Of a stretch of 61,456 bases of DNA, positions 18,356-26,779 are shown piece after piece. Under the pieces are notes generated by a model. That model saw only the letters and a list, made by a program, of their open reading frames with translations, had not been told where the DNA came from and searched no databases. The stretch lies in the NCBI GenBank assembly GCA_946407375.1, contig CAMJNS010000005.1, forward strand, positions 1 to 61,456, given 5' to 3'. The position numbers and the translations under genes were made by a program. Source of the stretch: an uncultured bacterium. GTDB taxonomy: Bacteria > Muiribacteriota > Ozemobacteria > Ozemobacterales > Ozemobacteraceae. Numbering within the stretch: the stretch's first letter is position 1; each line of letters begins with the position of its first letter.

Positions 18356-18669
18356 CTATATATATTTTGATAAGCTACGACGTGAATATATTAATCTTCT
18401 AACTTCCATATAATCATCTATTACTACATAAAAAATAAAATAATTCTTTACTTTTATTCTATAGTATGGAAGTAAACGGTCTTTAACAGATTTATACTGT
18501 TCAAAAGATTCTGGAGCTTTAAGTCTTTGGTTGATAGCTCTTTCTACCTCGTCTATAAATCTTTTTGCTGTTAGAGGACTATTTAATTCGTTTGCAATAA
18601 GGAAACTACAGAAGATAAATCTCTATAGAAAATAGGTAAAAATCTAAGTTTATATTCTTTATCAAACAT
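18356..18669 (-). pseudogene. Frameshifted ParE/RelE-family toxin
   Basis: ATG at 18669 gives MFDKEYKLRFLPIFYRDLSSVVSLLQTN*. A +1 frame continues ANELNSPLTAKRFIDEVERAINQRLKAPESFEQYKSVKDRLLPYYRIKVKNYFIFYVVIDDYMEVRRLIYSRR. No single intact ORF is present in the track. Confidence 0.65.
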
Positions 18670-18901
18670 TAAGTGATTTTCTTAAAGGTGAAAATACTTC
18701 TTCGGAGGTAAACCTTTTATCTGTTTTTTTTGCTTCTAAATCTGCTTCATCAAGCTTTTCTTCTCTTTTTAAATCGTTGAAGTATTCGATTTGGTTAAAA
18801 ATGGCTTGTCGAACAACTTCCGAAATAGTTAGATTGTTTGATTTAGCAAAATTATTAATTATCGCTTCTTCTTGGTCGTTTAGGTTTACAGACACTAGCA
18901 T
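18662..18901 (-). CDS. Ribbon-helix-helix-type antitoxin (RelB/DinJ/CopG-like)
   Basis: 79-aa ORF MLVSVNLNDQEEAIINNFAKSNNLTISEVVRQAI. Its 3' end overlaps the ATG of the downstream ParE-like reading frame (ATGTTTGA). Confidence 0.6.
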   Translation of the reverse strand: MLVSVNLNDQEEAIINNFAKSNNLTISEVVRQAIFNQIEYFNDLKREEKLDEADLEAKKTDKRFTSEEVFSPLRKSLNV

Positions 18902-19010
18902 AAAATTTCACCTCTATCAAATTATAAATGCTTTCTTAACTTCTCGCAATAGTTAGTTTTGGGGTATACAAGGCAAATATTACATAAAGACCACTTCAGT
19001 TGTGCTTGCC

Positions 19011-19170
19011 GACAGCTCCCCCGCAAGCGTGGGAGCATCTTTTTTTCATGAAGAACCTCCCCAAAAGCTTCGCTTTGGGGGAGGTGGATTTGGCGAAGCC
19101 AAAGACGGAGGGGGCTGATTGTCGGAGACAATCGGCTGGGGGAAGTGGCACATAGTGCCGAAAGGGGTCT
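19011..19170. repeat. Array of five consecutive GC-rich mini-hairpins
   Basis: GCTCCCCC/GGGAGC; CCTCCCC..GGGGAGG; TTTGGC-GAA-GCCAAA; GCTGATTGTC-GGA-GACAATCGGC; GGCAC-ATA-GTGCC. Confidence 0.7.
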
Positions 19171-19230
19171 TTACAAAAATTACCATAACTACTAACAACA
19201 ATAATAACGTTTGCTTTTGCAAACCAAAAC

Positions 19231-20247
19231 TTAAAATGGCACGATATTCATACGATTTTTCATAGCATTAGCTAGATGTATGTATTTTTCGGCTGTAGAT
19301 AGCTCTGTCCAGCCCATTACACCCATAACTTCTCTTATATTCATTCCACTAGCTATAAGATATGTTGCCATAGTGTGTCTAAGACCATGAAAACGCTTAT
19401 AAGGAACGCAACATTTATTACAAGCATTTTTCATTATCTTTGCTGACCTTGAAATGCTTACACTTGAGAACCATGGAAATAAAAGACCTGATTTTACTTT
19501 ATTCAACTGTCTTTGTAATATATGGAGAAGATGTGAATTAATTGAAATATACCTATACACATCACTAGAATCTGATTCTGTTTTTATGTTTCTTATTCTT
19601 ATTGTCATCATAGAAATATCTACATCTTCTACTTTCATATTTGCTATTTCTGATCTTCTACAGCCAGTATATAAAGCGAACAGAAAAACAGGCTCAAATT
19701 TCTTGCCTTTGAAATAATTTTTTAGTTTTGCAATATCTTGCAGAGAATAATAGCCTAAAGTTTCTGGTCTTACAGGTATCTTTTTTATTTTTGGCCACAC
19801 TCTTATTGGTAACTCAGAAATCATATAGTTCGCCCATGCAGTTTTTAGCGAGCTTTTAAGAATATTTAATTCTTCATGTATGGTTTTGCCTGCTATTCGT
19901 TTACGTCTGTAATTAATATAGTCAGCAATGTCTTCAGTAGTTAGCTTGTTTGCAGGGGAAATACCAAACCAGTCTTTAAGACTCTTAGACATTGTTATAT
20001 ATCTTTTATAAGTAGTTGTCTTGACTGTAGCTTGCTTATTTTCTAGAAACTTATCGATACAGTTTGAAACACTAATTTCTTCGCAAGTATAGCTTAATGA
20101 ATGTTTAAATAGTTTCTTGTCTAATACGACCGCTCTCTGTTTTGCCAAAAATTCATCATCGGTCTTAAGAGAACATTTGTGCTGTTTCCCCTCTTCATAC
20201 CATTGATAATAATAGATGCCGTTACTTCTTTTGAAAAAACTGCTCAT
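19231..20247 (-). CDS. Tyrosine-type site-specific recombinase / integrase
   Basis: 338-aa ORF with YTGCRRSE (Arg), HGLRHTMATYL (HxxR) and TAEKYIHL (catalytic Tyr). Confidence 0.9.
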   Translation of the reverse strand: MSSFFKRSNGIYYYQWYEEGKQHKCSLKTDDEFLAKQRAVVLDKKLFKHSLSYTCEEISVSNCIDKFLENKQATVKTTTYKRYITMSKSLKDWFGISPANKLTTEDIADYINYRRKRIAGKTIHEELNILKSSLKTAWANYMISELPIRVWPKIKKIPVRPETLGYYSLQDIAKLKNYFKGKKFEPVFLFALYTGCRRSEIANMKVEDVDISMMTIRIRNIKTESDSSDVYRYISINSHLLHILQRQLNKVKSGLLFPWFSSVSISRSAKIMKNACNKCCVPYKRFHGLRHTMATYLIASGMNIREVMGVMGWTELSTAEKYIHLANAMKNRMNIVPF

Positions 20248-20301
20248 AATTAGTTATTTATCCTTTCTTGAATCTAAAAATAGCTAACAAAGTTAATTAA
20301 G

Positions 20302-20319
20302 AAAAAGTTTGCGTTTGCC
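20302..20319 (+). repeat. 18-nt direct repeat AAAAAGTTTGCGTTTGCC, copy 2 (54 nt from the integrase start codon)
   Basis: See copy 1. Confidence 0.8.
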
Positions 20320-20629
20320 TCGTTCAGTCTCGTCGCTCTTATGTTCTAAAATGTTATATATACATAAAATGTACATTTGTTGTTGGGTTCCGTACCTTTA
20401 TAAAAATATTAAAGTTCTAGTTTCAACTTGCCGATAAATGACTTACAAAACTTTTAGGGCAAGCAAATTAAAAATTTTGTAATAAAAATGACGAATATCA
20501 TAAAAAATTGTTAAAAAATTATGTTTGTACAACACGTCATTAATTGGCTCTAGATGGGCCATAGCAATCCATAAGATTTTTAGTTAGTTTGCTATCTCAA
20601 AAAAAAATTATTTTTTTTGAAAAAAAAAG

Positions 20630-20658
20630 TTGACTTTGAGATACGATTAGTTTATATT
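20630..20658 (+). promoter_or_regulatory. Strong sigma-70-type promoter upstream of the OmpM-type porin gene
   Basis: TTGACT (20630-35), a 17-nt spacer, then TATATT (20653-58). It is preceded by A/T tracts (TCAAAAAAAAATTATTTTTTTTGAAAAAAAAAG), which are UP-element-like. This implies a leader of ~220 nt. Confidence 0.6.
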
Positions 20659-20885
20659 CACCTCATCAAGTTCGGAGATGCAAAAAGTTAAGTTTAATTA
20701 ACTAAGCATCAAGGAGTAACGAATCTGAACTAAGTTCTAAGGGCTAACGAAGTAAATCTTCCAAGAGTCAGAGGAAACAAGGCAACTCGCGATAGACTGG
20801 AAAGAAAGAAAAGCAAGACCGAAGAACAAAGCAAAAGGTTCAAAACTCCAAATAAATTTTTTAATATATAAATAGGAGTTCTATA

Positions 20886-22532
20886 ATGAAGAACACTTCA
20901 ATTTTTGCTTCTGCTGCTATGATTCTTGCTACTGCAGCTATCGCTTCTGCTAATCCATTTTCTGATGTTCCAGCTTCTCACTGGGCTTATGATGCTGTTA
21001 ACAGCATGGCCGAAAAAGGCATTATCCAGGGTTTCCCCAATGGTACTTTCAAAGGTAACCAGAATGTAACTCGTTATCAGTTGGCTATGATCACTGCTAA
21101 GATGATCGCTAACGTAGAACAGATGGGTGGCAACGGTTCAGTTTCTAAGACTGACCTCCAGACTCTTGAAAAACTCACTGTTGAATTCGCAGATGAACTT
21201 GCTCTTCTCGGCGTTAAAGTAACTGCTCTTGAAGATGATATGCAAGTTGTAAAAGAAGATGTTGCTGGTCTCAAAAAAGATGTTGATGGCATCAAGACTT
21301 ATATGAAGAACGGCGGCATGGACAAAGTAAAACTTTCTGGCGACATTTTGGTTCGCAACTATGGTATGAATATTGATGATTTAGTTCTCAATGGTGCTAC
21401 TATTAGAGGCGAAGATCATCGTCATACTACCGAAACATTGCTCAGACTCCAATTGGATGCTCAGATTGACGAAAACGTTACTGCTCGTGCTCGTTGGAAT
21501 ATGATTGAAAACGATCCTAATGCCGGTGTTAATCAGAACAACAACGAATGGCATGGAAACAACAAGAGAACTGGTGATGTAGAAGTTGCTTACATCCAGA
21601 TTAAAGATATGTTCAGCTTCGGCGGCGACTTCAAGTTTGGTCGTGATTGGTATCAGCACGGTCATGGTTTCGTAGTTCACAACTATATGGACGCTGTTAA
21701 CTACACTAAACGCTGTGGCGATGTAGATGTAGCTTTCAACGTATTCTTCGACAGAGCTAATGGTAACGAAGATTATTACAATACTTGGAACATCAATGCT
21801 GACTACAGCACCAAGGGTCATGACCTCTACTTAGGTATTTATTACAATGCTAATGATCAGTTAGGTCAGGGTGCAAATCATGACAATTCAATGAGAATTG
21901 AATTTGGTTCTGCTGGTAAGCTCAGCAACAACAACGAAAAAGTTAGATATGACTTAGGTTTGGTATATAGCAAGATTGAAAATGGTAAAGCAGCTGATGA
22001 AGATGCAACAGGTATCTTAGGTCACGTAGCTGTTAAGTATGATGATCAGAAACAACTCCAGGCTAAATTAGCTTACACTTGGGCTGATGACGAATCTCAT
22101 GCTAATATCGATGTTGAAAACATGAACAGATATCATGACGGCGATGAAACCATATTTGAAGATCTCTATCTTGCTAATATGGCTCTCAATGGTGGTAACA
22201 ACCTGGATTTCTGCAACCTCAAAGATATCAAATTAGAAGTTAAGTATACTCTCAAAGATAATGATAAGCACAGCTTCAGATTAGCTTATGATATGGTTCA
22301 GAATGATGATGATCAGAGTGGTAACGTTTTCGGTGATCAGATTGCTGCTCGTGACAACAGAGCACAGTATTATGAAGATCTTGAAGCTAATATCATCACT
22401 TTTGAATATACTTACAAGCTTGCTGAAAATACTAGATTAAGACTCGGCTATCAGAATTCTAAGACTGAAGCTAAAAATATGCCAGACATCAAGTCTAACC
22501 TTTACTACACTGAAATCTACAGCCGCTTCTAA
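20886..22532 (+). CDS. OmpM-type outer-membrane tether porin (SLH domain, coiled coil, beta-barrel)
   Basis: Signal peptide. SLH motif NPFSDVPASHWAYDAVNSMAEKGIIQGFPNGTFKGNQNVTRYQLA. Heptad-like LEKLTVEFADELALLGVKVTALEDDM. C-terminal YYTEIYSRF (terminal Phe, an OMP signature). Confidence 0.85.
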   Translation: MKNTSIFASAAMILATAAIASANPFSDVPASHWAYDAVNSMAEKGIIQGFPNGTFKGNQNVTRYQLAMITAKMIANVEQMGGNGSVSKTDLQTLEKLTVEFADELALLGVKVTALEDDMQVVKEDVAGLKKDVDGIKTYMKNGGMDKVKLSGDILVRNYGMNIDDLVLNGATIRGEDHRHTTETLLRLQLDAQIDENVTARARWNMIENDPNAGVNQNNNEWHGNNKRTGDVEVAYIQIKDMFSFGGDFKFGRDWYQHGHGFVVHNYMDAVNYTKRCGDVDVAFNVFFDRANGNEDYYNTWNINADYSTKGHDLYLGIYYNANDQLGQGANHDNSMRIEFGSAGKLSNNNEKVRYDLGLVYSKIENGKAADEDATGILGHVAVKYDDQKQLQAKLAYTWADDESHANIDVENMNRYHDGDETIFEDLYLANMALNGGNNLDFCNLKDIKLEVKYTLKDNDKHSFRLAYDMVQNDDDQSGNVFGDQIAARDNRAQYYEDLEANIITFEYTYKLAENTRLRLGYQNSKTEAKNMPDIKSNLYYTEIYSRF

Positions 22533-22550
22533 TATCATAATTTAAGCGAA

Positions 22551-22582
22551 AAAAACTCTAGGGAAACCTAGAGTTTTTTTTT
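22551..22582 (+). terminator. Rho-independent terminator after the porin gene, nested in a longer palindrome
   Basis: AAAAACTCTAGG-GAAA-CCTAGAGTTTTTTTTT. The outer arms ATCATAATTTAAGC / GCTTAAATTATGAT (22533-22598) also pair. Confidence 0.8.
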
Positions 22583-22597
22583 GCTTAAATTATGATA

Positions 22598-22630
22598 AAT
22601 TAGGAATTATGAGTGAGGAGTTAGGAATTA
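22598..22630. repeat. Heptamer-derived repeat arm (left) flanking the four-helix-bundle gene
   Basis: AAATTAGGAATTATGAGTGAGGAGTTAGGAATTA ends 1 nt before the ATG. Confidence 0.7.
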
Positions 22631-22631
22631 T

Positions 22632-22997
22632 ATGTATAAAAAAGAAAATATAGTAATGAACAAAAGCAAAGCTTTTGCTATACGAATTATTAAATTATAT
22701 AAGTACCTATGTGAAACAAAGAATGAATATGTTTTATCTAAACAAATTCTTAGATCTGGTACTAGTATCGGAGCTAATATTAAAGAAGCACAAAGTGGGC
22801 AATCTAGAAAAGATTTTAAGTCTAAAATATATATAGCTTATAAAGAAGCTAGTGAAACAGAATACTGGTTAGAGCTATTACACGAAAGTGATATATTAGA
22901 AGATAATCTTTTTGATAGTCTTTATAATGACAACTACGAAATACTAAGCTTACTAATTTCAATAACCAAAACCTTGAACAAAGAATCTAAAAAATAA
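22632..22997 (+). CDS. Four-helix-bundle protein (23S rRNA intervening-sequence protein family)
   Basis: LSKQILRSGTSIGANIKEAQSGQSRKDFKSKIYIAYKEASETEYWLELL matches the conserved core of this family. An alternative start is the ATG at 22656. Confidence 0.85.
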   Translation: MYKKENIVMNKSKAFAIRIIKLYKYLCETKNEYVLSKQILRSGTSIGANIKEAQSGQSRKDFKSKIYIAYKEASETEYWLELLHESDILEDNLFDSLYNDNYEILSLLISITKTLNKESKK

Positions 22998-23032
22998 TTC
23001 CTCACTCCTCACTCATCATTCTTAATTCTTAA
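22996..23032. repeat. Heptamer-derived repeat arm (right, inverted) flanking the four-helix-bundle gene
   Basis: TAATTCCTCACTCCTCACTCATCATTCTTAATTCTTAA. Its reverse complement contains GATGAGTGAGGAGTGAGGAATTA, matching the left arm. Confidence 0.7.
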
Positions 23033-23111
23033 ATGTTTGACACTTTGACTAGGTTTATGTACAATTAAAAAATAAGCTTCGATTCAAGCTATAATAGTAT
23101 AAGGAGACCAC

Positions 23112-24530
23112 ATGAAAAAATCATCTATATTAGCTGTAGCTGCTCTGATATTAGGTTTATGTAGCACTTCATTTGCTGCTACTCCAAAAAATGTAAAAAA
23201 GAATCCAGAAAAAGAATGGACTTTAGCTGTATTTCTTAATGCTGACAACAATCTTGATGAATTTGGTGTAGCTGACCAAGAAGAAATGAGTCAAGTTGGT
23301 TCTAATGAATACTTAAATATAGTTTCTCTTATAGATCGTGAAAGAGGACCGGCTCAGATTAATTATATTGAAAAAGGCAATATTAAGAAATTGAAAGATA
23401 TGGGCGAACTCGATATGGGTGACTATAAAGAGTTTGTTAAATTTGTAAAATTCGTAAAAGAAAACTACCCTGCTAAGCACTATGCTTTTTCATTTTGGAA
23501 TCATGGGTCTGGTTGGAAAGATAAAACAGAAGCTGCTTCAGTTTTAAAAGGTATTTCATACGATGATTCAAGTAATAATCATATTTCAACAAATGATTTG
23601 ACAGTGGCTTTAAATGAAGCAAACAAAATTCTTGGCAAAAAAATAGATGTTCTTTGTTTTGATGCTTGTTTAATGCAAATGGTTGAAGTTGCTTATGCTG
23701 TAAAAGATCAAGTTAATTATATGGTTGGGTCTGAAGAAACAGAACCAGGCAAAGGTGCTCCTTACAATGATATTCTTAAAAATGTTAAAAAGGGTATGAA
23801 TCCAAGAGATTTTTCAATTAATTGGGTTAATGCTTTTGGAGATTCCTATAATGGTGGTAGCCAGGGTAAGGCTAAATCAACACAGTCTGCATTAGATATG
23901 AGTAAATTGCCTCAGTTTATAGATGCGATAAATGGATTTGCCAAAGTGGGTATGGCAAAAGACTATTCTAGATTTTTCAGACAGATGAATGTTTATACTC
24001 AGAAATATGCTTATCCTGACAATATGGATTTATTGCATTTTGTTGAATTAATGACAGAACCAACAGGTTTAGCATCTCTTGAAAATTTGAAAAAGCAATA
24101 TGTTGATGAATCTTTAAAAACAGCTATTAAAAAACTCCAAGACTCAGGAAAACAGTTTATTATAGCAAATAGATTCACTACTCAAGAAGCTCAAGAATCC
24201 AAAGGTATAGCAATCTTCTTCCCCACTTCTTATTATTGTCCATGGCTTTATCAGGATTTGGCTTTTGCAAAAGAAACCTTATGGGATGATATGATTGCTG
24301 CTCAAGGTGAATTTGCTGCTGTTAATAGAGTAGTTGATGAAGTTAAACAAGGCAAAATGGAAGCTTTGACTAAGATGGTTGCTTCTGCTAAAAAGAATCC
24401 GAAGAACAAAGTTTATAGAAAGGTTCTTGTTCAGATAAATTATTTGGCTGATAATGAAAGAGCTATACCGGCTAATGCTCATAAGGAATTTGAAAGATTA
24501 CGCGGTCAGCTAAAGGAAGCTATTAAATAA
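23112..24530 (+). CDS. Clostripain-family (peptidase C11) cysteine protease, secreted
   Basis: Signal peptide. Catalytic-dyad contexts FWNHGSGW (His) and LCFDACLMQM (Cys). Confidence 0.8.
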   Translation: MKKSSILAVAALILGLCSTSFAATPKNVKKNPEKEWTLAVFLNADNNLDEFGVADQEEMSQVGSNEYLNIVSLIDRERGPAQINYIEKGNIKKLKDMGELDMGDYKEFVKFVKFVKENYPAKHYAFSFWNHGSGWKDKTEAASVLKGISYDDSSNNHISTNDLTVALNEANKILGKKIDVLCFDACLMQMVEVAYAVKDQVNYMVGSEETEPGKGAPYNDILKNVKKGMNPRDFSINWVNAFGDSYNGGSQGKAKSTQSALDMSKLPQFIDAINGFAKVGMAKDYSRFFRQMNVYTQKYAYPDNMDLLHFVELMTEPTGLASLENLKKQYVDESLKTAIKKLQDSGKQFIIANRFTTQEAQESKGIAIFFPTSYYCPWLYQDLAFAKETLWDDMIAAQGEFAAVNRVVDEVKQGKMEALTKMVASAKKNPKNKVYRKVLVQINYLADNERAIPANAHKEFERLRGQLKEAIK

Positions 24531-24574
24531 TTAGAAATTAGGAATGAGGAATTAGGAATTAGGAATTAAGGATT
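24531..24574. repeat. Heptamer tandem repeat (AATTAGG / AATGAGG units)
   Basis: TTAGAAATTAGGAATGAGGAATTAGGAATTAGGAATTAAGGATT starts directly after the clostripain-like gene stop. Confidence 0.75.
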
Positions 24575-24615
24575 AAAAAGCCCCCGATAAAAATTATCGG
24601 GGGTTTTGTTTTTGT
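24575..24615. terminator. Bidirectional rho-independent terminator between the convergent clostripain-like gene and ftsH
   Basis: AAAAAGCCCCCGATAA-AAA-TTATCGGGGGTTTTGTTTTT. Confidence 0.8.
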
Positions 24616-24629
24616 AATTATTATTTCAA

Positions 24630-26666
24630 TTAATAATCTTTAGAAGCAATTGGTTTATTGTTTTCTGATGTAGCAGGTTGTTGTTCTATGGTGGATTCGC
24701 TTGATTTATTTTCTAATGTGGCTGGGTTAGATATTGAAGGAAGAGGTTCTAGTTCTTCGCCTTTGATTAGTTTATCAAATTCTTCAGCGTTAATTGTTTC
24801 TCTTTCAAGCAGTGCTTTTGAACATCTATCAAGTATTTCACGATTTTCAGTAAGAATTCGTTTTGCTTCTTTGAAAGCCCAATCAATTAATTTCTTGATT
24901 TCTTCGTCAATCTTTTTAGCTGTTTCTTCTGAAATGTCGTTTCTAGTGCTAAAGTCACGACCTAAGAAGACTGGCTGATTACTTTCGGCAAGATGTAATG
25001 GGCCGACTTCATCGCTCATACCTAGTTCGCAAACCATTTTACGAGCTATTTTGGTTGCTCGTTCTATGTCATTAGAAGCCCCAGAAGTTATTTCATTGAA
25101 TACTAAATCTTCTGCAACACGACCAGCGAGAAGGATGCAGATTTGATTCTTAAGGTGAGTTCTTGAAACAGAAAGTCTGTCTTCAACTGGAAGCTGCATT
25201 GTAAGACCTAATGCCATACCACGAGGTATAATTGTTATTTTGTGGACAGGGTCTGTATCGGGTAGATAATGTGCAACCAAAGCATGACCCATTTCGTGAA
25301 CGGCAGTGTTAGTCTTTTCTTTTTCAGAAATAATGCGGCTTTTGCGTTCAGAACCAGCTATAACTTTATCGATAGAAGCTTCGAAGTCTGACATAAGTAT
25401 GACTTTTCTGCCTTTTCTTGCTGCTAATATAGCTGCTTCATTAGTAAGATTAGCCAATTCTGCACCTGCGAACCCTGGGGTTCTTCTTGCAAGAACATTT
25501 AGATTAACATCATCTGCAATAGGTTTTTCTCTAACGTGAATTTGAAGTATTTCTTCACGACCACGAATATCTGGTCTATCAACTACTATTTGTCTGTCGA
25601 AACGACCAGGTCTTAAAAGAGCTGGGTCTAATACGTCGGGTCTGTTTGTAGCAGCTATTAGAATTATGCCTTTTGTGTTGTCGAAACCATCCATTTCAAC
25701 AAGAATCTGGTTTAGAGTTTGTTCACGTTCATCGTGACCACCACCAAGACCAGCACCTCTTTGTCTACCAACAGCATCTATTTCATCCATAAATATGATG
25801 CAGGGGGCGTTCTTTCTAGCTTGATCGAACAAGTCTCTAACACGAGAAGCACCAACACCAACGAACATTTCTACAAATTCTGAACCGCTTATGTTGAAGA
25901 AAGGAACACTAGCTTCTCCTGCAACAGCTCTTGCAAGAAGTGTTTTACCAGTCCCTGGAGGTCCGAATAAGAGTACACCTCTAGGTATTTTTGCGCCTAA
26001 ATCTGTAAATTTGCGTGGATCTCTTAAGAATTCAACAACTTCTAAAAGATCTTCTTTTGCTTCATTTATGCCGGCAACATCTTTAAATAAAACACGTTTT
26101 TCGGTAGGGTCAATCATTCTTGCACGGCTTTTACCAAAACTAAGAGCTTTTGCACCGCCACCTTGCATTTTATTAAGTATGAAGAGCCAAGCACCAATTA
26201 AAATAATGAATGGGAACCAGTTGATAAGAAGGTTCAACCACCAGGACATTTGAGCAGGTGGTTCAACTTTGACTGTAAGACCTTTTTCAGATGTTTTTCT
26301 GATTAAGTCCATAAGTCCTTGGTCTTCTGGAATAATTGTACGAAAATAACCGTAAGTTGTTTTGGGAACATTATTTCGATTTGCTGAATCAGATTTATTG
26401 TCTGTATTTAAAGGATCTGATTCACTTTCAAACAAAGAAGAACCAACTTTATATTTATATTTGCCTGTTACTTCTCTGTCGTTTATTGTGATTTCTATTA
26501 TCTGCTTTGGTGAGTCTCCGCCCTTATTTTGAAGCAAAGATACAAAATCAGAATAATTCATTGGTTCTGCTTTTTGAACTGAGTTAGTTGTAATAAATGA
26601 AAGTAATACAACCAACAATAAAACCCAAAAAGCTAGTGCTTTCATTACGTTATTTTTTTCTTTCAT
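24630..26666 (-). CDS. ftsH: ATP-dependent zinc metalloprotease FtsH
   Basis: Walker [12 protein letters not shown], Walker [33 protein letters not shown], zinc motif HEMGHAL. Confidence 0.95.
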   Translation of the reverse strand: MKEKNNVMKALAFWVLLLVVLLSFITTNSVQKAEPMNYSDFVSLLQNKGGDSPKQIIEITINDREVTGKYKYKVGSSLFESESDPLNTDNKSDSANRNNVPKTTYGYFRTIIPEDQGLMDLIRKTSEKGLTVKVEPPAQMSWWLNLLINWFPFIILIGAWLFILNKMQGGGAKALSFGKSRARMIDPTEKRVLFKDVAGINEAKEDLLEVVEFLRDPRKFTDLGAKIPRGVLLFGPPGTGKTLLARAVAGEASVPFFNISGSEFVEMFVGVGASRVRDLFDQARKNAPCIIFMDEIDAVGRQRGAGLGGGHDEREQTLNQILVEMDGFDNTKGIILIAATNRPDVLDPALLRPGRFDRQIVVDRPDIRGREEILQIHVREKPIADDVNLNVLARRTPGFAGAELANLTNEAAILAARKGRKVILMSDFEASIDKVIAGSERKSRIISEKEKTNTAVHEMGHALVAHYLPDTDPVHKITIIPRGMALGLTMQLPVEDRLSVSRTHLKNQICILLAGRVAEDLVFNEITSGASNDIERATKIARKMVCELGMSDEVGPLHLAESNQPVFLGRDFSTRNDISEETAKKIDEEIKKLIDWAFKEAKRILTENREILDRCSKALLERETINAEEFDKLIKGEELEPLPSISNPATLENKSSESTIEQQPATSENNKPIASKDY

Positions 26667-26779
26667 ATTTAATGAAACCCATTTCGTTGTTTATCTGGTA
26701 AATTATTATTTGTTTTCAGACAAACTGATTTTATTTATTTGTGTGAAATGCTATCACATTAAGCTAATACAATCAAATA

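Noticed and set aside
18922-19131. A 69-aa ORF between the RHH antitoxin and the integrase.
   Set aside because: It lies entirely within the GC-rich mini-hairpin array. The reading frame is a by-product of stop-poor GC-rich repeats.
19207-19225. ACGTTTGCTTTTGCAAACC considered as a fourth copy of the 18-nt direct repeat.
   Set aside because: It shares only GTTTGC..TTTGC with the repeat, is itself a hairpin (GTTTGC-TTTT-GCAAAC), and lies just beyond the integrase stop. It is more simply a terminator-like stem.
20330-20629. A search for a tRNA or tmRNA integration target next to the integrase.
   Set aside because: I could not recognise a cloverleaf or a T-arm (GGTTCGAATCC-like) sequence here or anywhere else in the window. 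The region is AT-rich with only weak inverted repeats.
24531-24574. The heptamer arrays (here and at about 7 other sites) considered as possible CRISPR arrays.
   Set aside because: The repeat unit is only 7 nt with no interleaved unique spacers. The arrays are under 90 nt, and no cas genes are present.
24658-26253. Three plus-strand ORFs (24658..24978, 25306..25539, 25891..26253) inside ftsH.
   Set aside because: They are antisense shadow ORFs within a strongly conserved gene, have low-complexity Ser/Leu-rich translations, and have no RBS. The same reasoning applies to other track ORFs nested antisense in long genes, for example 1072..1371, 8214..8513, 9023..9514, 21381..21821, 31491..31820, 39247..39678, 41399..41695, 45678..45959, 49154..49483 and 55561..55851.
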